Part shown: positions 63,013 to 64,000 of the stretch, piece by piece
Numbering within the stretch: the stretch's first letter is position 1
How the letters are laid out: each line of letters opens with the position of its first letter
NCBI RefSeq assembly: GCF_041956535.1
Contig: NW_027192202.1
Span: forward strand, 666,870-730,869
Source: Calcarisporiella thermophila CBS 279.70
Taxonomy: Eukaryota > Fungi > Calcarisporiellomycota
Direction of reading: 5' to 3'
DNA length: 64,000 bases
Notes under the pieces: generated by a model
Databases searched by the model: none
Told to the model about the DNA's origin: nothing
Seen by the model: the letters and a program-made list of their open reading frames with translations, nothing else
Program-made: the position numbers and the translations under genes

Positions 63013-64000
63013 ATGTACGCTTCCCCGCATTATACAAATAGGAGACGGCGAGCTCTTCTCGCATGCTTGCGGTAAGCATTTCTCTGGTTAATTTGGTTTT
63101 ACTTGTGCAGGAAAGATAATTATCAATACTATTTGCACAAAGATGCCGTGAAAAGAAAGTACGCTGCTGTGGCCAGTTTCCCATGTGTCAGAGATGCAAT
63201 CTGAGTGGAGCAAAGTGTGTCTACGATGTCGAGCCTTATATGCCACTCTCAACAGAACAGGCCCCGGCTTTTGACGCCAAACTGCACGAAACTGTTCGAA
63301 ATTTACAGAAACAACTTGATAGCCTCGAAAAAGAGGTCAGAGAGCGTGTCGATTCCACAAAAACAGATAGAGCAAAGAGACAAAGGAGCGATGATAACAG
63401 CGTTGCCAGCGAAAGAGTTTGGTTGCAGCAGCGACGGCCTGTGTTAACGAAACCCATTAACTGGAGCGTTACTATGGGGGCGACCGGAGTCAGCGTAGTA
63501 ACGAATGCACAGAGCTTGACCGATTTATACCGAGCTCTCCGATCGATGATGGGGGACTCTATTCGAATCATACCAACTTCTGTGGGCATACAAAAGCCAT
63601 ACACAAAGCGCATCAAGAGTATGGCAGACGAGGACAAATTTTCTGAAGTTGATGTGGACGAGGAAGATGCAGAGGATGACGAAGATGCATGCCAAGAGAA
63701 TCGTCCTATGCTCGACTTTTGGAAGTTGACCTACGAATTGAGCGACGGACGTTCATCGCTCGACCTTGAAGATGAGGTTCCAAAGGCCTTTTGCGATTTT
63801 CTTGTGGATGTGTTCTTCTGCTGCTACTACAACCGCTGTCCCTTCGTCAACCGCCGTGATTTCTTGCGGCGATACCATGATCCACATGCTACGGACCCAA
63901 TAGATCCGCTCCTTTTGAACAGTCTTTTTGCCTTTGTGTGCCGTCATGCTTGCACATATCACTCCCATGATATCTCTCCAGAAAAGGCCAACGCCCTTGC
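63013..64000 (+). CDS. Zn(II)2Cys6 binuclear-cluster transcription factor (3' truncated by the window)
   Basis: After intron 63072-63142: ACLRCREKKVRCCGQFPMCQRCNLSGAKC, then a coiled coil and the start of a fungal TF middle-homology region (LVDVFF...PFVNRRDF). Confidence 0.9.

Overview
Gene-dense eukaryotic DNA from a fungus. Short spliceosomal introns and DAD3, VAC7, MedA, SSK1 and Zn2Cys6 genes show this; an early-diverging, Mucoromycota-like lineage is my inference. The ORF track is fragmented by introns, so CDS coordinates below are hand-spliced start-to-stop spans. I find about 26 protein-coding genes, 1 pseudogene and 2 tRNAs, and no transposon, rRNA or CRISPR. Main points: (1) A divergent CYP51/ERG11 sits inside a four-copy dienelactone-hydrolase (DLH) tandem array, behind a copy of a DLH promoter. 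It is flanked by ~0.5 kb direct repeats, and the DLH behind the second repeat is a pseudogene. (2) An intact ABCC transporter has both composite ATPase sites degenerate (NBD1 LTLGQ signature, NBD2 H-loop His->Arg), has a long linker, and lies divergent from a Zn2Cys6 regulator. (3) The Ssk1 response regulator retains a multi-pass, MHYT-like membrane domain plus a pseudo-histidine kinase. (4) A bacterial-type hydrolase is split by 6-nt and 19-nt microexons. All family assignments rest on motif recognition, not database searches.
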